Shown here piece by piece: positions 37,330 through 47,193 of a stretch of 64,000 nt of DNA. The DNA is from Candidatus Zixiibacteriota bacterium. GTDB lineage: Bacteria > Zixibacteria > MSB-5A5 > GN15 > FEB-12. Location of the stretch: NCBI GenBank assembly GCA_020346225.1, contig CP070777.1, positions 2,623,890 through 2,687,889 of the forward strand, read 5' to 3'. Under the pieces are notes generated by a model. The model ran no database searches. It worked only from the letters and a program-made list of their open reading frames with translations, and was not told the origin of the DNA. The translations under genes were made by a program, and so were the position numbers. Every line of letters begins with the position of its first letter. The stretch's first letter is position 1.

Positions 37330-38979
37330 CTACGATTCCAGCGCCAGAGGCTCCTCCTCGCGCTCCCTGAGCACACGGCCAAGGGCCCGCGTTACTTTCT
37401 CCATCTGGTCGGGCAGACTGTAGCGCTCGAGTATGAAGTCACGGTTCGGCTCGGCCAACCGGGCGCGGTCGCCGCCTTCAAGTCTCTTCAGCAGGGCCAG
37501 ACAACCGTCCGGGTCCTGAGACAGGAACCGCTCGGGATACAGACGGCGCGCCCCGTACCAGTTATGAATGAGGGGCATCAGACCGCAGGCCATACCCTCG
37601 GCGATGGAGTAGTGGAAAGACTCGAAGAGCGAGGTGGAAATAATGTAATCCTTGTCCCGATACCACTGCGGCATGTCCTCCACCCAGCCGTTGAATGTCA
37701 CCGGCAGCGGGTTCTCCCTCAGAAAATGCTCGAAATACAGCTCGATGCGCGGGTCCTGATGCCGACCGGCGACGTGAAACGTGTACGCGGGATCGTGCTC
37801 GTGGATCTTCTTGAAGCAATAAAGCAGAAGCGACGGGTTTTTCTTGTAATTTATGTATCCAACCGAGGCTATTTTCTTGCCGTAGACTTTCCCCGGCGGA
37901 ATCACGAAGCGCTCGGTGTCAACGGCGTTATGTATAACCACCGAAGGCGTGTCGATCTTGATCTTTTTGTTCACGATGGCCCGGACCGACTCGTTGACAT
38001 AGATCAGCAGATCTACCTTGCTCCAGTCTACCTGGGCGGGCATATCATCGAAAGCTTCGTAGCTGTGGAGACGACAGACGATTTGGCACGTCTTGGGAAG
38101 CTTGGTTGCTTCGATAATAAAGTTGTCACACCATTCGAACCAGGCCAGATCAGCCCAATCCATAAGCTGGCGCAAACGTTCCACCGTGCCTCCAGTGAAC
38201 GTCTGGACCTCGTTATCCGCCGACAGTTGCCCGGCGATATCCTTAACGAAAGAGTCCAGGGAGGCGAACACGGCTATCTTTTTGCCCTTGAGGGGCGCGG
38301 GCGCCGTTTTCTCTCCCTTCGATGCGACGACCGAAGCCTCCCTGTAGGTCGCATCTTGAAGGGCGGAGTCCAGTCGCTCGGCCCAGTTTTCGATCTCTTT
38401 GACGGACCGCGAACTGACCCCGGTGCAAGCGGCGTTCAACCGCAGCAACCGTTTGCCCTCGGTGACCATCTTTCGTTCAACCACCGCTTCCATGGCGTTG
38501 TCGCGGGCCAGCGTGTAATTCGGGTCAAGACTCAAGGCCCGTTGCCAGGCCTCGACGGCCGCCGGAAGATCATCCATGCCGGCGCATATCACTCCCAGGT
38601 CATTATAAAGCGGGGCGTGCTGCGGGCTGGCTTCGATAAGGCTCTGGAAACGGCACCTGGCCTGCTCGAGCGCCCCGCATTGCACGTCCAGAAGAGCCAG
38701 ATTGTAAGCCGCGTCAAAATTCGACGGGTCCCGGCGGAGGGCTTTTCCGAACCAACCGGCGGCCGTTTCCATGTCTGATTTCGCCAGGGCCACCAGTCCG
38801 GCCGTGAGAATCGTTTGGACCGATGCCTCGGGGCTCTCGGCCAGCACTGTTACTATTGGATAGACGCTGTCGAGCCGGTTTTCCGCCAGGTAGCCGTTAG
38901 CCAGCTCGATTAGCTTCTGAGGGGTGGTGTCTCCGCGAGAAAGAGCCTCGCGGACGTCGCTTGCCTGGTGATACTCCAT
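37330..38979 (-). CDS. TPR + GT-B (family 1/4) glycosyltransferase, FlmG-like architecture
   Basis: N-terminal TPRs. C-terminal GT1 fold with E-x7-E (ESFHYSIAEG). The track TTG start at 39060 overlaps fliW. ATG at 38979 with AGGAG 7 nt upstream is preferred. Confidence 0.75.
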   Translation of the reverse strand: MEYHQASDVREALSRGDTTPQKLIELANGYLAENRLDSVYPIVTVLAESPEASVQTILTAGLVALAKSDMETAAGWFGKALRRDPSNFDAAYNLALLDVQCGALEQARCRFQSLIEASPQHAPLYNDLGVICAGMDDLPAAVEAWQRALSLDPNYTLARDNAMEAVVERKMVTEGKRLLRLNAACTGVSSRSVKEIENWAERLDSALQDATYREASVVASKGEKTAPAPLKGKKIAVFASLDSFVKDIAGQLSADNEVQTFTGGTVERLRQLMDWADLAWFEWCDNFIIEATKLPKTCQIVCRLHSYEAFDDMPAQVDWSKVDLLIYVNESVRAIVNKKIKIDTPSVVIHNAVDTERFVIPPGKVYGKKIASVGYINYKKNPSLLLYCFKKIHEHDPAYTFHVAGRHQDPRIELYFEHFLRENPLPVTFNGWVEDMPQWYRDKDYIISTSLFESFHYSIAEGMACGLMPLIHNWYGARRLYPERFLSQDPDGCLALLKRLEGGDRARLAEPNRDFILERYSLPDQMEKVTRALGRVLREREEEPLALES

Positions 38980-39049
38980 GCCCGTACTCCTATGGCGGGT
39001 TGGTTGGCCTGTCCTGGCCGGAGCGCTGTGGCACCTCAAAAGAGGTACT

Positions 39050-39529
39050 CTATACGCCAACCAGTTCTTCTTTCTGAGGGCTGGACTCCGTCTGCTTCTG
39101 CGGCAGACTGTCCATTATCCGATGAGCAATCTGATAACCGGAGTTGACCAGAATCAGTTGCTTGGCCTTGTTGTTTTCGGTGTTGATAAGAAGAGGGCCT
39201 TGCAGATTCACCGACATCTCATCGGGCCTCTCCGGAACCGTGACGATAACATAGGTCTCAACCGCCTCCACCCTGTTCACCTGAAGCTCGGCGATCTCGT
39301 TGGAGTTAACCTCGATCCTGTAATCCGGGAAGAAAACCCTGGGGTTGACCATGAGAAAAGCGATGGCCGGGTCGTCCACGGATTGCAGCCACAAGAACGG
39401 CCTGAGTTCTTCGACGTCCACCAGACAGTAGCGCCGCAGATGCTCGAAACCGAGGATCGGCTTTTCGGTGAAAATGACCTTGTCGTCGGGAACCTCGAGT
39501 TGTCCCAGCCTGAGACTGCTAATAATCAT
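39050..39529 (-). CDS. fliW: flagellar assembly factor FliW
   Basis: 159 aa. LEVPDDKVIFTEKPILGFEHLRRYCLV... and VNPRVFFPDY typical of FliW. Confidence 0.85.
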   Translation of the reverse strand: MIISSLRLGQLEVPDDKVIFTEKPILGFEHLRRYCLVDVEELRPFLWLQSVDDPAIAFLMVNPRVFFPDYRIEVNSNEIAELQVNRVEAVETYVIVTVPERPDEMSVNLQGPLLINTENNKAKQLILVNSGYQIAHRIMDSLPQKQTESSPQKEELVGV

Positions 39530-39548
39530 AGATCCTATCCTCTCCTGC

Positions 39549-41474
39549 CTATGTCAGAAAATCCAATAGCGATGGTTGTACGATTTTGGCGGCGGCGATG
39601 AGCGCCGACTGGTAGTTGTTCTCATAAACGGCCAGGTCGGTGATTAGCCTGGTAATGTCGGCATCTTCCACCTCGGACAGACGCCGCGTAAAAGTAAGCT
39701 CCCTGTTCAGCAGGCGCGATTCGGTGGAATTCAGCCGGATACCGCGGGCCCCGACCGTGGCCCGATGGGTCACGAGATGTTCCATCGATTTCTCGAGAGT
39801 CGCCAGGAGGCGCCCGACGCCGTCCTGGTCGTCCCGTTCGAGCGAATTTATCAATACCGTAAAGGTCCCGAGCATGTCGCTGGACCCGAATATGTCCATG
39901 GCTTTGCTGGTGGTACCCTCGCCGACATCCTCTATAATGAAGGAACGGGTAACGTCGTTGTTGACAATCTGGATCCCCCGCCCTTCGGGATTTATGGACG
40001 CCGTGATATCGAGGCCGCAGTTGTTGAAAGCATCGAGCATGTCCTGCACCGTCACGATCGACGGGCTGCCCAGGTCTAACACCACCGTTCTTTCACCCTG
40101 ACTCACCCGGATCTCGCTCAGGTCGAAGCCTACCCCGGTGTTCAGATCGGTTACCAGCGAGGTCGGCAGAAGCAGCGGGTCGAGATCGGAACCGGCGAAG
40201 TCGCCGAAGAATTCCCCAAGGATACCGAGATCGGCGGCCGTCGTTCCGCCCAGCTCGGCCACTTCAAAGCTCACCGTGGGCTCCAGGTCGCTGCCCACCA
40301 GGGTCGGGTTGATGGGGCCGAGGATACCGAGACTGGTGGCGACGCTGGAGACGTGGTCGTTCTCGATTATTGACAGACCCAGAGGCGTTCCGTTGGTGTC
40401 ATTAATCTCAAAACCGGTACCAGCGGCGTTTATCTGCATGGTGACATTGTTGACGCCGGCGGCGCTGACCTGGCTGTTGAACTCGTTTATGATATCACCA
40501 ATAGTGCTGCAACCGCTGAAATCGATGACAACGTCGGTGGCGCCGTAATCGGTAAGCCGGATTTTGCCCACCGAAAGATCGATTCCGTTGCCGCCGTTGA
40601 TGACATCGAGGGACGTTACAGGCGAAATGAGGCCGTTGGCGGTGGTATCGAGGAGGATGTTGTTCTGCTCGTCGCCTATCCTGGCCTCCAGGTTGGTGAT
40701 ACCGGCCGCCGTGAGGTTGGCATTGATGGCGTCGAGGACATCCTGAACGGTGACACACGATGACGCGTCCACCGTGGCGGTTATGCCGAGATTCCTGTCG
40801 GTGATGGTAAAAAGTCCGGGGCTCAGTTCCACCCCGTCCCCGTTATGCAGATCGGCCAGCAGGGTACCGGCGGTGACCGCCACGTCGAGGTCGGCGGTCT
40901 CGCCGAGGATAGCCAGCTGCTTGAGGAACACATCGGCGCCGATCAGGTTGACCGTCACGTCCGTGGAAGGGTCGATCTGGAACTCGATCTGCCCGAAATC
41001 GCCGTTATATCTGGCCCCGGTGGCCGACGCGATGATGGCTCTTTGGTCCGTCCGGAATCCGGAAAAGACCGTCTTGTCCTCCAGTTCGGAGTTAGCCAGT
41101 TGTATAATCTGGTCATAGATTTCCCTCACGTCGGCGGCGGCGGCGCGGCGCGAAGTGCCGTCGTCGTCGGCTACCTCGTTGGCCATGGCGATGGCCAGTT
41201 CGTTGGTGCTGGACACCATGTTCTTGAGTTCGGCCAGAACGGTGTCGTAGGTCTGCACCCAGTCCTGGCCCCGACTGACATTCTTGAGGTACTGCGTATT
41301 CTTGGAGAGCTCGGTGCGGTAATCCAGGTCGCGCAGGATCCCCAGCGGGTCATCGGAGGGCTTGTTTATCCGGCGCCCCGACGACATCTGGGTCTGCATT
41401 TCCAGAAACCTTTTGAGTGCCGTATGCATGTTGTACGACACCCGCTGGGTCAGCATGTTAGTGGTAACCCGCAT
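39549..41474 (-). CDS. flgL: hook-filament junction protein FlgL (expanded, 641 aa)
   Basis: Flagellin-like N-terminus (MRVTTNML...SSGRRINKPSDDP) and C-terminus (YENNYQSALIAAAKIVQPSLLDFL). Large insert of repeated NxG/D-rich segments. Confidence 0.8.
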   Translation of the reverse strand: MRVTTNMLTQRVSYNMHTALKRFLEMQTQMSSGRRINKPSDDPLGILRDLDYRTELSKNTQYLKNVSRGQDWVQTYDTVLAELKNMVSSTNELAIAMANEVADDDGTSRRAAAADVREIYDQIIQLANSELEDKTVFSGFRTDQRAIIASATGARYNGDFGQIEFQIDPSTDVTVNLIGADVFLKQLAILGETADLDVAVTAGTLLADLHNGDGVELSPGLFTITDRNLGITATVDASSCVTVQDVLDAINANLTAAGITNLEARIGDEQNNILLDTTANGLISPVTSLDVINGGNGIDLSVGKIRLTDYGATDVVIDFSGCSTIGDIINEFNSQVSAAGVNNVTMQINAAGTGFEINDTNGTPLGLSIIENDHVSSVATSLGILGPINPTLVGSDLEPTVSFEVAELGGTTAADLGILGEFFGDFAGSDLDPLLLPTSLVTDLNTGVGFDLSEIRVSQGERTVVLDLGSPSIVTVQDMLDAFNNCGLDITASINPEGRGIQIVNNDVTRSFIIEDVGEGTTSKAMDIFGSSDMLGTFTVLINSLERDDQDGVGRLLATLEKSMEHLVTHRATVGARGIRLNSTESRLLNRELTFTRRLSEVEDADITRLITDLAVYENNYQSALIAAAKIVQPSLLDFLT

Positions 41475-41502
41475 GCTCTATTCCCTCAAAACTCGAGTCG
41501 TT

Positions 41503-41838
41503 TCAATACTTCCTCGGCCGGCGCTGATGGCCCGGTCGCTTTCCCTTCCCGTCGGCGTCCTTGTAGTCGATGGCCGGCGGGGATTCGCTTTCCTTTTTGT
41601 CTCCCTTGATCTTACCTTTGATCAACTGAACCATGCCCTTGAAATCGCTTGGGATCGATTTCGAGGCTTTGCGGTTCTCTTCCTGAATCTTGACATAGAT
41701 CTCTTCCCGGTGAACGACGACATCCAGAGGAGCGTCGATCCCGATTCTTACCTGTCGTCCGTGAATCCCCAGCACGGAGATTTTTATGTCCTCTCCGATA
41801 TTGATGGACTCACCCAACTTCCTTGTCAAAATCAGCAC
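41503..41838 (-). CDS. csrA: carbon storage regulator CsrA with ~50-aa Lys-rich C-terminal extension
   Basis: GTG start with [58 protein letters not shown] matches CsrA almost residue for residue. 111 aa total. Confidence 0.9.
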   Translation of the reverse strand: MLILTRKLGESINIGEDIKISVLGIHGRQVRIGIDAPLDVVVHREEIYVKIQEENRKASKSIPSDFKGMVQLIKGKIKGDKKESESPPAIDYKDADGKGKRPGHQRRPRKY

Positions 41839-41882
41839 AGAACCCTCCTTGGCGTTTCCAGGCTTCCGGAAATTGCGCGGTC

Positions 41883-43268
41883 TTACCTACCGACCACTCC
41901 CATCCATGAGATAACCGTCTCCAGAGCCTGATCCATGGTTGTAATCACCCGGGCGGCCGCATCGTAGGCGTGCTGGTACTTGATCATGTTGGTCATTTCC
42001 TCGTCCAGCGATACTCCCTGAACCGACTGCCGGGCAAACTCTATCTGTTGTAGCAACAGCTCGAAATTGTTTGTGAACGATTGCGCTTCATGCGCCTCGG
42101 CCCCCATCGTTCCTACGAGGGCGTTATAAAAATCATTAATGGTCAATGTGTCGTCTTCGAGCACGGCGGCGTCACGCAGCTTACTGATAGCCACGGCGAT
42201 TTGCTGATCCCCCGCCTCGCCCGTCGCCGATGTCGCGATCCGGGACACGTTACTTACAATATCGGGGTTGACGCGTATGGAAAGTGCGTCGAGACCGGCC
42301 GGGTCAAAAAAGTCCACGCCGGTGCTCCCGTCGGCCCCGTAGCCGGTGACATGGATGGCGTTGACCTGCTGGACCAGCGTTCGCGCCAGCGTGTCAAGCT
42401 GTTCCAGATACCGGGGGATGATCTCGTCTCGCGCATCGGTGAGACCCTTCAGCTGACCGTTGAGGCACTTCAGCTCGACCGAGGTCCCCTCCCAGATAAG
42501 CCGATGCAGCGGCTGGCCGTCAACATTATCGAGTTCCACGGCGATGGGCATGTAGTCCTTCCCGTTCACTATCGACATGGCCCCGATGTAGACCGTGACC
42601 TCGCCGTTTTCCTGTTCCACCGCATTGACATCTACCAGTGCCGACAATTCATCGATATACAGGTCGCGGCGGTCCCGAAGATCGTTGGCCCGGGTGTCGC
42701 CCAGTTCGGTGGACGCGATCTGATTATTGGTGCTGGCGATTTCGGCGGTAAGACGATTGACGTCGCGGACGAGGTTGGCCAAGTCGAGGTCGATCGATTC
42801 ACGAAGGCGGTTCAATTCATCGGCCACCTGGTGGAACCCGTTGCTCAGTCGTTGCGCCACGGCCAGAACATTGGAGCGGTCGCCGTCGTACGTTGACAGC
42901 GCCGACCAGGAATCCCAGAAGCCGTTGAGCATCGTGGCCAGCGTGTTGTCGCTGGGTTCGTTGAACATCGTTTCCACTTCCGACAGTATCCGCTCCTTGT
43001 ACGTCCACTGCCCCAGCGACTTGCTTTCCTCCCGATACTGCTGACCGAGAAACAGGTCACGAACGTGCCTGATGGTGGAAACGGTCATGCCGCTGCCGAT
43101 GATTCCGATGGGTTGTACTTCCGGAAGTGTCGTCGTCACGTTTACCCGCTGGCGGGTATAACCCGGTGTGTCGACGTTGGCAATGTTGTGGCCGATGGTT
43201 TGAAGCGTCAGCTGATGCGTCATCAGCGCTTTTCGGCCGATCTCCAATCCTTGAAATAACCCTGGCAT
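41883..43268 (-). CDS. flgK: hook-associated protein FlgK
   Basis: 461 aa. N-terminal [34 protein letters not shown] and C-terminal [27 protein letters not shown] motifs. Confidence 0.85.
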   Translation of the reverse strand: MPGLFQGLEIGRKALMTHQLTLQTIGHNIANVDTPGYTRQRVNVTTTLPEVQPIGIIGSGMTVSTIRHVRDLFLGQQYREESKSLGQWTYKERILSEVETMFNEPSDNTLATMLNGFWDSWSALSTYDGDRSNVLAVAQRLSNGFHQVADELNRLRESIDLDLANLVRDVNRLTAEIASTNNQIASTELGDTRANDLRDRRDLYIDELSALVDVNAVEQENGEVTVYIGAMSIVNGKDYMPIAVELDNVDGQPLHRLIWEGTSVELKCLNGQLKGLTDARDEIIPRYLEQLDTLARTLVQQVNAIHVTGYGADGSTGVDFFDPAGLDALSIRVNPDIVSNVSRIATSATGEAGDQQIAVAISKLRDAAVLEDDTLTINDFYNALVGTMGAEAHEAQSFTNNFELLLQQIEFARQSVQGVSLDEEMTNMIKYQHAYDAAARVITTMDQALETVISWMGVVGR

Positions 43269-43753
43269 CAGGCTCTCCTATCGACGGCAAGGTTGAGCTT
43301 CTGGGCTTTCGATTTCCCGGAAGCGCCGTAGGTCGGCTCCGGGCTGTTTAGCTTCGAGAGCATTTCCATCGTCTTGAGGATATAATCCCGGGAGCGGTTT
43401 AAAAGCACGGCGTTCTGGTTTCGCGTTTCGAGAATCTTATCATTGAGCCCCAGAATCAGCCGCTGCAGTTTCGAAAGACGGTCAGCCTGGTCTTTGTCGA
43501 CAATCTTCAGCAGCCGGCTGACATTGAGGTCACCCTCGATATCGTTGGCCACTCGAATCTTCTCGACTAGATCCTGTCTCTTCTTGTTCAGAAGCTGGCT
43601 TTCGACCAGCTTTTCGCGCTGGAGGTCGGAGGTGCGATTCAGGCCGTCGACATCGTTTTCGACAAGCATGCGCTGCTGTTGTTCGAGTAATTCGAGGAAG
43701 GCTTCGAAGACAGCGGCTTCCCTGCCAATAATCTCAATAAGTTCGTTTACCAT
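43268..43753 (-). CDS. flgN: FlgN-family export chaperone
   Basis: 161-aa helical protein immediately upstream of flgK. EAFLELLEQQQRMLVENDVDGL pattern of the FlgN family. Confidence 0.6.
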   Translation of the reverse strand: MVNELIEIIGREAAVFEAFLELLEQQQRMLVENDVDGLNRTSDLQREKLVESQLLNKKRQDLVEKIRVANDIEGDLNVSRLLKIVDKDQADRLSKLQRLILGLNDKILETRNQNAVLLNRSRDYILKTMEMLSKLNSPEPTYGASGKSKAQKLNLAVDRRA

Positions 43754-43787
43754 GTCCTATATTTCCTGAACTTTTCCTACACATCTA

Positions 43788-43814
43788 TTATCGACCCGTC
43801 ATGGCGACACTTTA
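43788..43814 (-). promoter_or_regulatory. sigma28 promoter of the flgN-flgK-csrA-flgL-fliW-GT operon
   Basis: Minus strand TAAA-N15-GTCGATAA. The -35 lies inside the last codons of flgJ. Confidence 0.6.
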
Positions 43815-44743
43815 GCCGTCGCATCCGGTCCCGTGCGACCCAGCGAGTTGAGGGTGTCGAGCACCTTCTCCACGTACCTTTCGGTCTCGGCGAACGGCGG
43901 CACGCCGCCGTATCGCATCACATTACCCGGCCCGGCGTTATAGGCGGCCAGGGCCACCCGCAGGGAGCCAAATCTCTCGATCAAATCCTTCAGAAAGCGG
44001 CTGCCGCCCTGGATATTCTGCTCCGGATCGAACACCTCCTCAACGCCGTAGTCGGCCGCCGTCGAGTCCGCCAGCTGCATCAGGCCCTTGGCGCCGGCCC
44101 GCGAAACCGCCGTCGGATCGCCGTTGGACTCCGCCTTTATGACCGATATGATCAGGGCAGGGTCGAGGGCGGTGTCTGCGGCGGCCCGCTGAATGTGACG
44201 GCCGAAACGCGACAGGATCTCGTCGTTCCTGACCGGTTTGGGGCGCGGCTGAAGCGGCGCAAACTCGGCGGGGCGAGGCTCCATCTTGATCTGCTCTTCC
44301 TCTTTCAAAACCGGCTCGAACCTTTCCCGTTCGAGCTCGATGGCCGGGTCGGCCGCCGGTCGCAGCGGTTTCATTCTTACATCCGGTTCGCTTTCCGCAT
44401 ACTGCGCCTCGAGGATTTTCAACAGCGACCCGTAAAGCGTTTCGGAAATCGATTTCTCTCCGCCCGTCACCATCTTTCTGGCCAGTTGCATATCGAAAAG
44501 CTCGGTGAAAATCTCCTTGCCCGATTCCCCCGAAAGAACACCGTCCTTGTTGAACGGCGACTTGGGGACCGTCTTGCGCATGGTCTTGAGCAGCTGATAC
44601 ATGAAGAAGGACTCGAATTCGCGCGTGGCTTTGCGCAGCCGCTTCTTCTCTGCATCGAGGCTGTCCGACGCCTGCCTGCCGAGTTTCTCGATGGCGGCCG
44701 CGTCGTAGCCGAGCGGGGCCGCCCTGACACCGTGCATGGCCAT
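43799..44743 (-). CDS. flgJ: FlgJ: rod-binding domain fused to SLT lytic transglycosylase
   Basis: N-terminal Rod_binding motif (REFESFFMYQLLKTMRKT). C-terminal SLT motifs (KAESNGDP, GLMQL, AYNAGPG). Confidence 0.8.
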   Translation of the reverse strand: MAMHGVRAAPLGYDAAAIEKLGRQASDSLDAEKKRLRKATREFESFFMYQLLKTMRKTVPKSPFNKDGVLSGESGKEIFTELFDMQLARKMVTGGEKSISETLYGSLLKILEAQYAESEPDVRMKPLRPAADPAIELERERFEPVLKEEEQIKMEPRPAEFAPLQPRPKPVRNDEILSRFGRHIQRAAADTALDPALIISVIKAESNGDPTAVSRAGAKGLMQLADSTAADYGVEEVFDPEQNIQGGSRFLKDLIERFGSLRVALAAYNAGPGNVMRYGGVPPFAETERYVEKVLDTLNSLGRTGPDATAKVSP

Positions 44744-45876
44744 TACAGAATCACCAGTTCGGACCTCAGGGCGCCGGCCTGTTTGAGCGCCTGGAATATG
44801 GCTATGATATCGCGGGGCGTGGCGCCGATCTTGTTCAGGGCCTTGGCTACATCGGCCAGATAAACCGACCGGGCCAGATGAACCACCCGGGCATTCTGGT
44901 CGCTGACCGTTATCCGCGACTCCTGAGTCAGGATCGTCTCGCCCACGCTGAACGGCTCCGGCTGCGAAATAACGGGCGTTGACTGGATATTGACGGTAAT
45001 GGTACCGTGGGCGATGGCCACCGGTTCGATGGTGACATGTTCACCGGCCACGATGGTGCCGGTCTTTTCGTTGATGACCACTCTGGCGACGTTATCGGGC
45101 ACCACCGTCAGCAGGCCTATATCCGAGATGAATCTCGTGCGATAAACCGGGTGCGTCAGCGAATCGGGCACCACCACCCGGACATTGCCGCCGTCGACGG
45201 CAACGGCGGTCAGGCCGTACTTGATGTTGATTCGTTCGGCGATTCGGTGCGCAGTGGTGAAGTCGGCGTCGCGCAGAGACAGATAGAACTCCCGTTCACC
45301 GTCCCCGCTCCCCGGCAGAGCCTTGGTTATCTTGGCTCCTCCGGGCACCCGCCCGACCAGCGTGTAGTTGTTGACTATCTTGTTGGCGTCATCCACCTGG
45401 ACGTTGAATCCGCCGATCGAAACCGGGCCCTGGGCCACGCCGCGAACCGTTCCCCCGGCATCGGACATAGGCGTCAGCAGGAGGGTGCCCCCCTGCAGCG
45501 AGCTGGCGTCCCCGATGGACGACACAGTAACATCGAAATAGCTTCCCTCTTTCTGGACGCTGGAGATACGGGCCGTAACGAGCACCGCCGCCACATTTTT
45601 CACCTTGACCTTGTTGGCATCGACGGTCAGGCCCATCCGCTCCATCATGTTGGTCAGAGACTGTATCGTAAACTGGGTCCCGGCTCCGTCGCCGGTCCCG
45701 TCCAGCCCGATGACCAGGCCGTAGCCGACCAGGTCGACTTCTTTCTTGTTCTGAAAGTCGCAGATGTCTTTTATCCGCACCTTGTTGGCTTCAACCGGGC
45801 TGTACAAAAGCAGAAGCAGCGTTATTATGAGAATCATCCCGGTCGGCGTGGCGAGCTTGCTGTAGACTCCTGTCAT
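44743..45876 (-). CDS. flgI: flagellar P-ring protein FlgI
   Basis: 377 aa. RIKDI...LVGYGLVIGLDGTGD and C-terminal LKQAGALRSELVIL typical of FlgI. Confidence 0.9.
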   Translation of the reverse strand: MTGVYSKLATPTGMILIITLLLLLYSPVEANKVRIKDICDFQNKKEVDLVGYGLVIGLDGTGDGAGTQFTIQSLTNMMERMGLTVDANKVKVKNVAAVLVTARISSVQKEGSYFDVTVSSIGDASSLQGGTLLLTPMSDAGGTVRGVAQGPVSIGGFNVQVDDANKIVNNYTLVGRVPGGAKITKALPGSGDGEREFYLSLRDADFTTAHRIAERINIKYGLTAVAVDGGNVRVVVPDSLTHPVYRTRFISDIGLLTVVPDNVARVVINEKTGTIVAGEHVTIEPVAIAHGTITVNIQSTPVISQPEPFSVGETILTQESRITVSDQNARVVHLARSVYLADVAKALNKIGATPRDIIAIFQALKQAGALRSELVIL

Positions 45877-45888
45877 AACATGCTCCTT

Positions 45889-46476
45889 TTAGAACAGCCA
45901 GTTCAAAAACCGGGTGAAGAAGCCCGGCCGCGAACCGGTGTTGGTGCTGCCCTTGCCGGAATAATGAATCTCGGCGTCGGCGATGAGGTAAGAATCGATC
46001 GTGTTTTCCGGCGTGATGTCCTTCTGCCGGACGACGCCGGTCAGCGTCAGCGTTTCACGATCGTTCGAAATTCCGATGGTTCGTGAGCCTTCGATGATGA
46101 GGTCACCGTTGTCCCTGACCTCGACCACCGTCACCGACATCTTGGCGCGGAGCGTCCCGTTGCGGATGTTCTCGCCCTTGCCGTCGAAGGTGTTGCTGTT
46201 CTCGGCATCGGCGCTGAAAAGCGGAATGAAATCCAGCGTTCCCACTCCGGGGCCGCCGCTGGCCGAAGCTTTGGTCGATTTCTCCGTTTTCGACTCGACC
46301 TTGCTCGTGGCCCGGCTCTGCTCGTAAATGAGAACGGTCAGGATATCTCCCACCCTCTGGGCTTTGATATCGGTGAACAGCGACTGCGACTGACCGAAAT
46401 CGCTGCCGTAGATCTTCACTGACAACGGCAGTACCAGCAGAATGGCCAGAATGACCAAAATCCTTTTGATATTCAT
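45889..46476 (-). CDS. flgH: flagellar L-ring protein FlgH
   Basis: 195 aa. SLFTD.KA.RVGDILTVLI.E and NTGSRPGFFTRFLNWLF motifs. No Cys lipobox visible in the signal peptide. Confidence 0.85.
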   Translation of the reverse strand: MNIKRILVILAILLVLPLSVKIYGSDFGQSQSLFTDIKAQRVGDILTVLIYEQSRATSKVESKTEKSTKASASGGPGVGTLDFIPLFSADAENSNTFDGKGENIRNGTLRAKMSVTVVEVRDNGDLIIEGSRTIGISNDRETLTLTGVVRQKDITPENTIDSYLIADAEIHYSGKGSTNTGSRPGFFTRFLNWLF

Positions 46477-46491
46477 GTGTCCCTCTGATTC

Positions 46492-47187
46492 CTATGGGTC
46501 AACTGCGACCGCGTTTTCATCAATGACGCGGGCAACTAATATCTTTTTCGTGGCCTTGTTCTTGACTTTTATGTAATCCCCCGTCGACCCCGACTGCAGC
46601 GCCACGCCCGGGGCGGTGACCCGGCACAGGCCGTTATCGTAAACGATGAGCGTTTCCCTGCCCGACTCAATATCGGGGATGGGCTCCAGGGCGGCCGTGG
46701 TGACAATACGCCCGCACCGAATGTTCCGACGAACGCGATAACCGACCGTCTCTTCGAGTGAGGTCACCGGTTTCTCGGTAAGGTTGGTTATCTCCGTTCG
46801 CTGGACGGCGACATTCTTGGGGTCGATTCGTTCACCGCGCTTCACCTTGTCGGTGGTTACCAGTACGCTGGCGTAACGATGGATGCGCGTGCGTATCTGT
46901 CCGGTCTCGATGGTCTGGCCGCCGCGGGAGACGGTTGCCAGTACTGTGAACAGACCGCTCGGCTCCTTCTGCGACAATGCCCGGAAATCGACCGCCAGGT
47001 CGTCGGCGTGCGGCGTCTTGAGCGGGTTGGATAGCAGCTCCACCGTGCAGCTTTGCGGATCCAGGGCGTAGTTTTTCGTGATCCAGTCAACAGCCACCTG
47101 GTCCCAGCGATTTGGCGTGGCCTCGCTGGACGCCGCTGACGATGCCAGAAGCACGCTTAACAGCACGGTCGAAAGAGTAGTCTTCAT
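46492..47187 (-). CDS. flgA: P-ring assembly chaperone FlgA
   Basis: 231 aa, signal peptide, SAF-like segment (VLVTTDKVKRGERIDPKNV) and C-terminal GDYIKVKN...V motif. Confidence 0.75.
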   Translation of the reverse strand: MKTTLSTVLLSVLLASSAASSEATPNRWDQVAVDWITKNYALDPQSCTVELLSNPLKTPHADDLAVDFRALSQKEPSGLFTVLATVSRGGQTIETGQIRTRIHRYASVLVTTDKVKRGERIDPKNVAVQRTEITNLTEKPVTSLEETVGYRVRRNIRCGRIVTTAALEPIPDIESGRETLIVYDNGLCRVTAPGVALQSGSTGDYIKVKNKATKKILVARVIDENAVAVDP

Positions 47188-47193
47188 ACTCGC

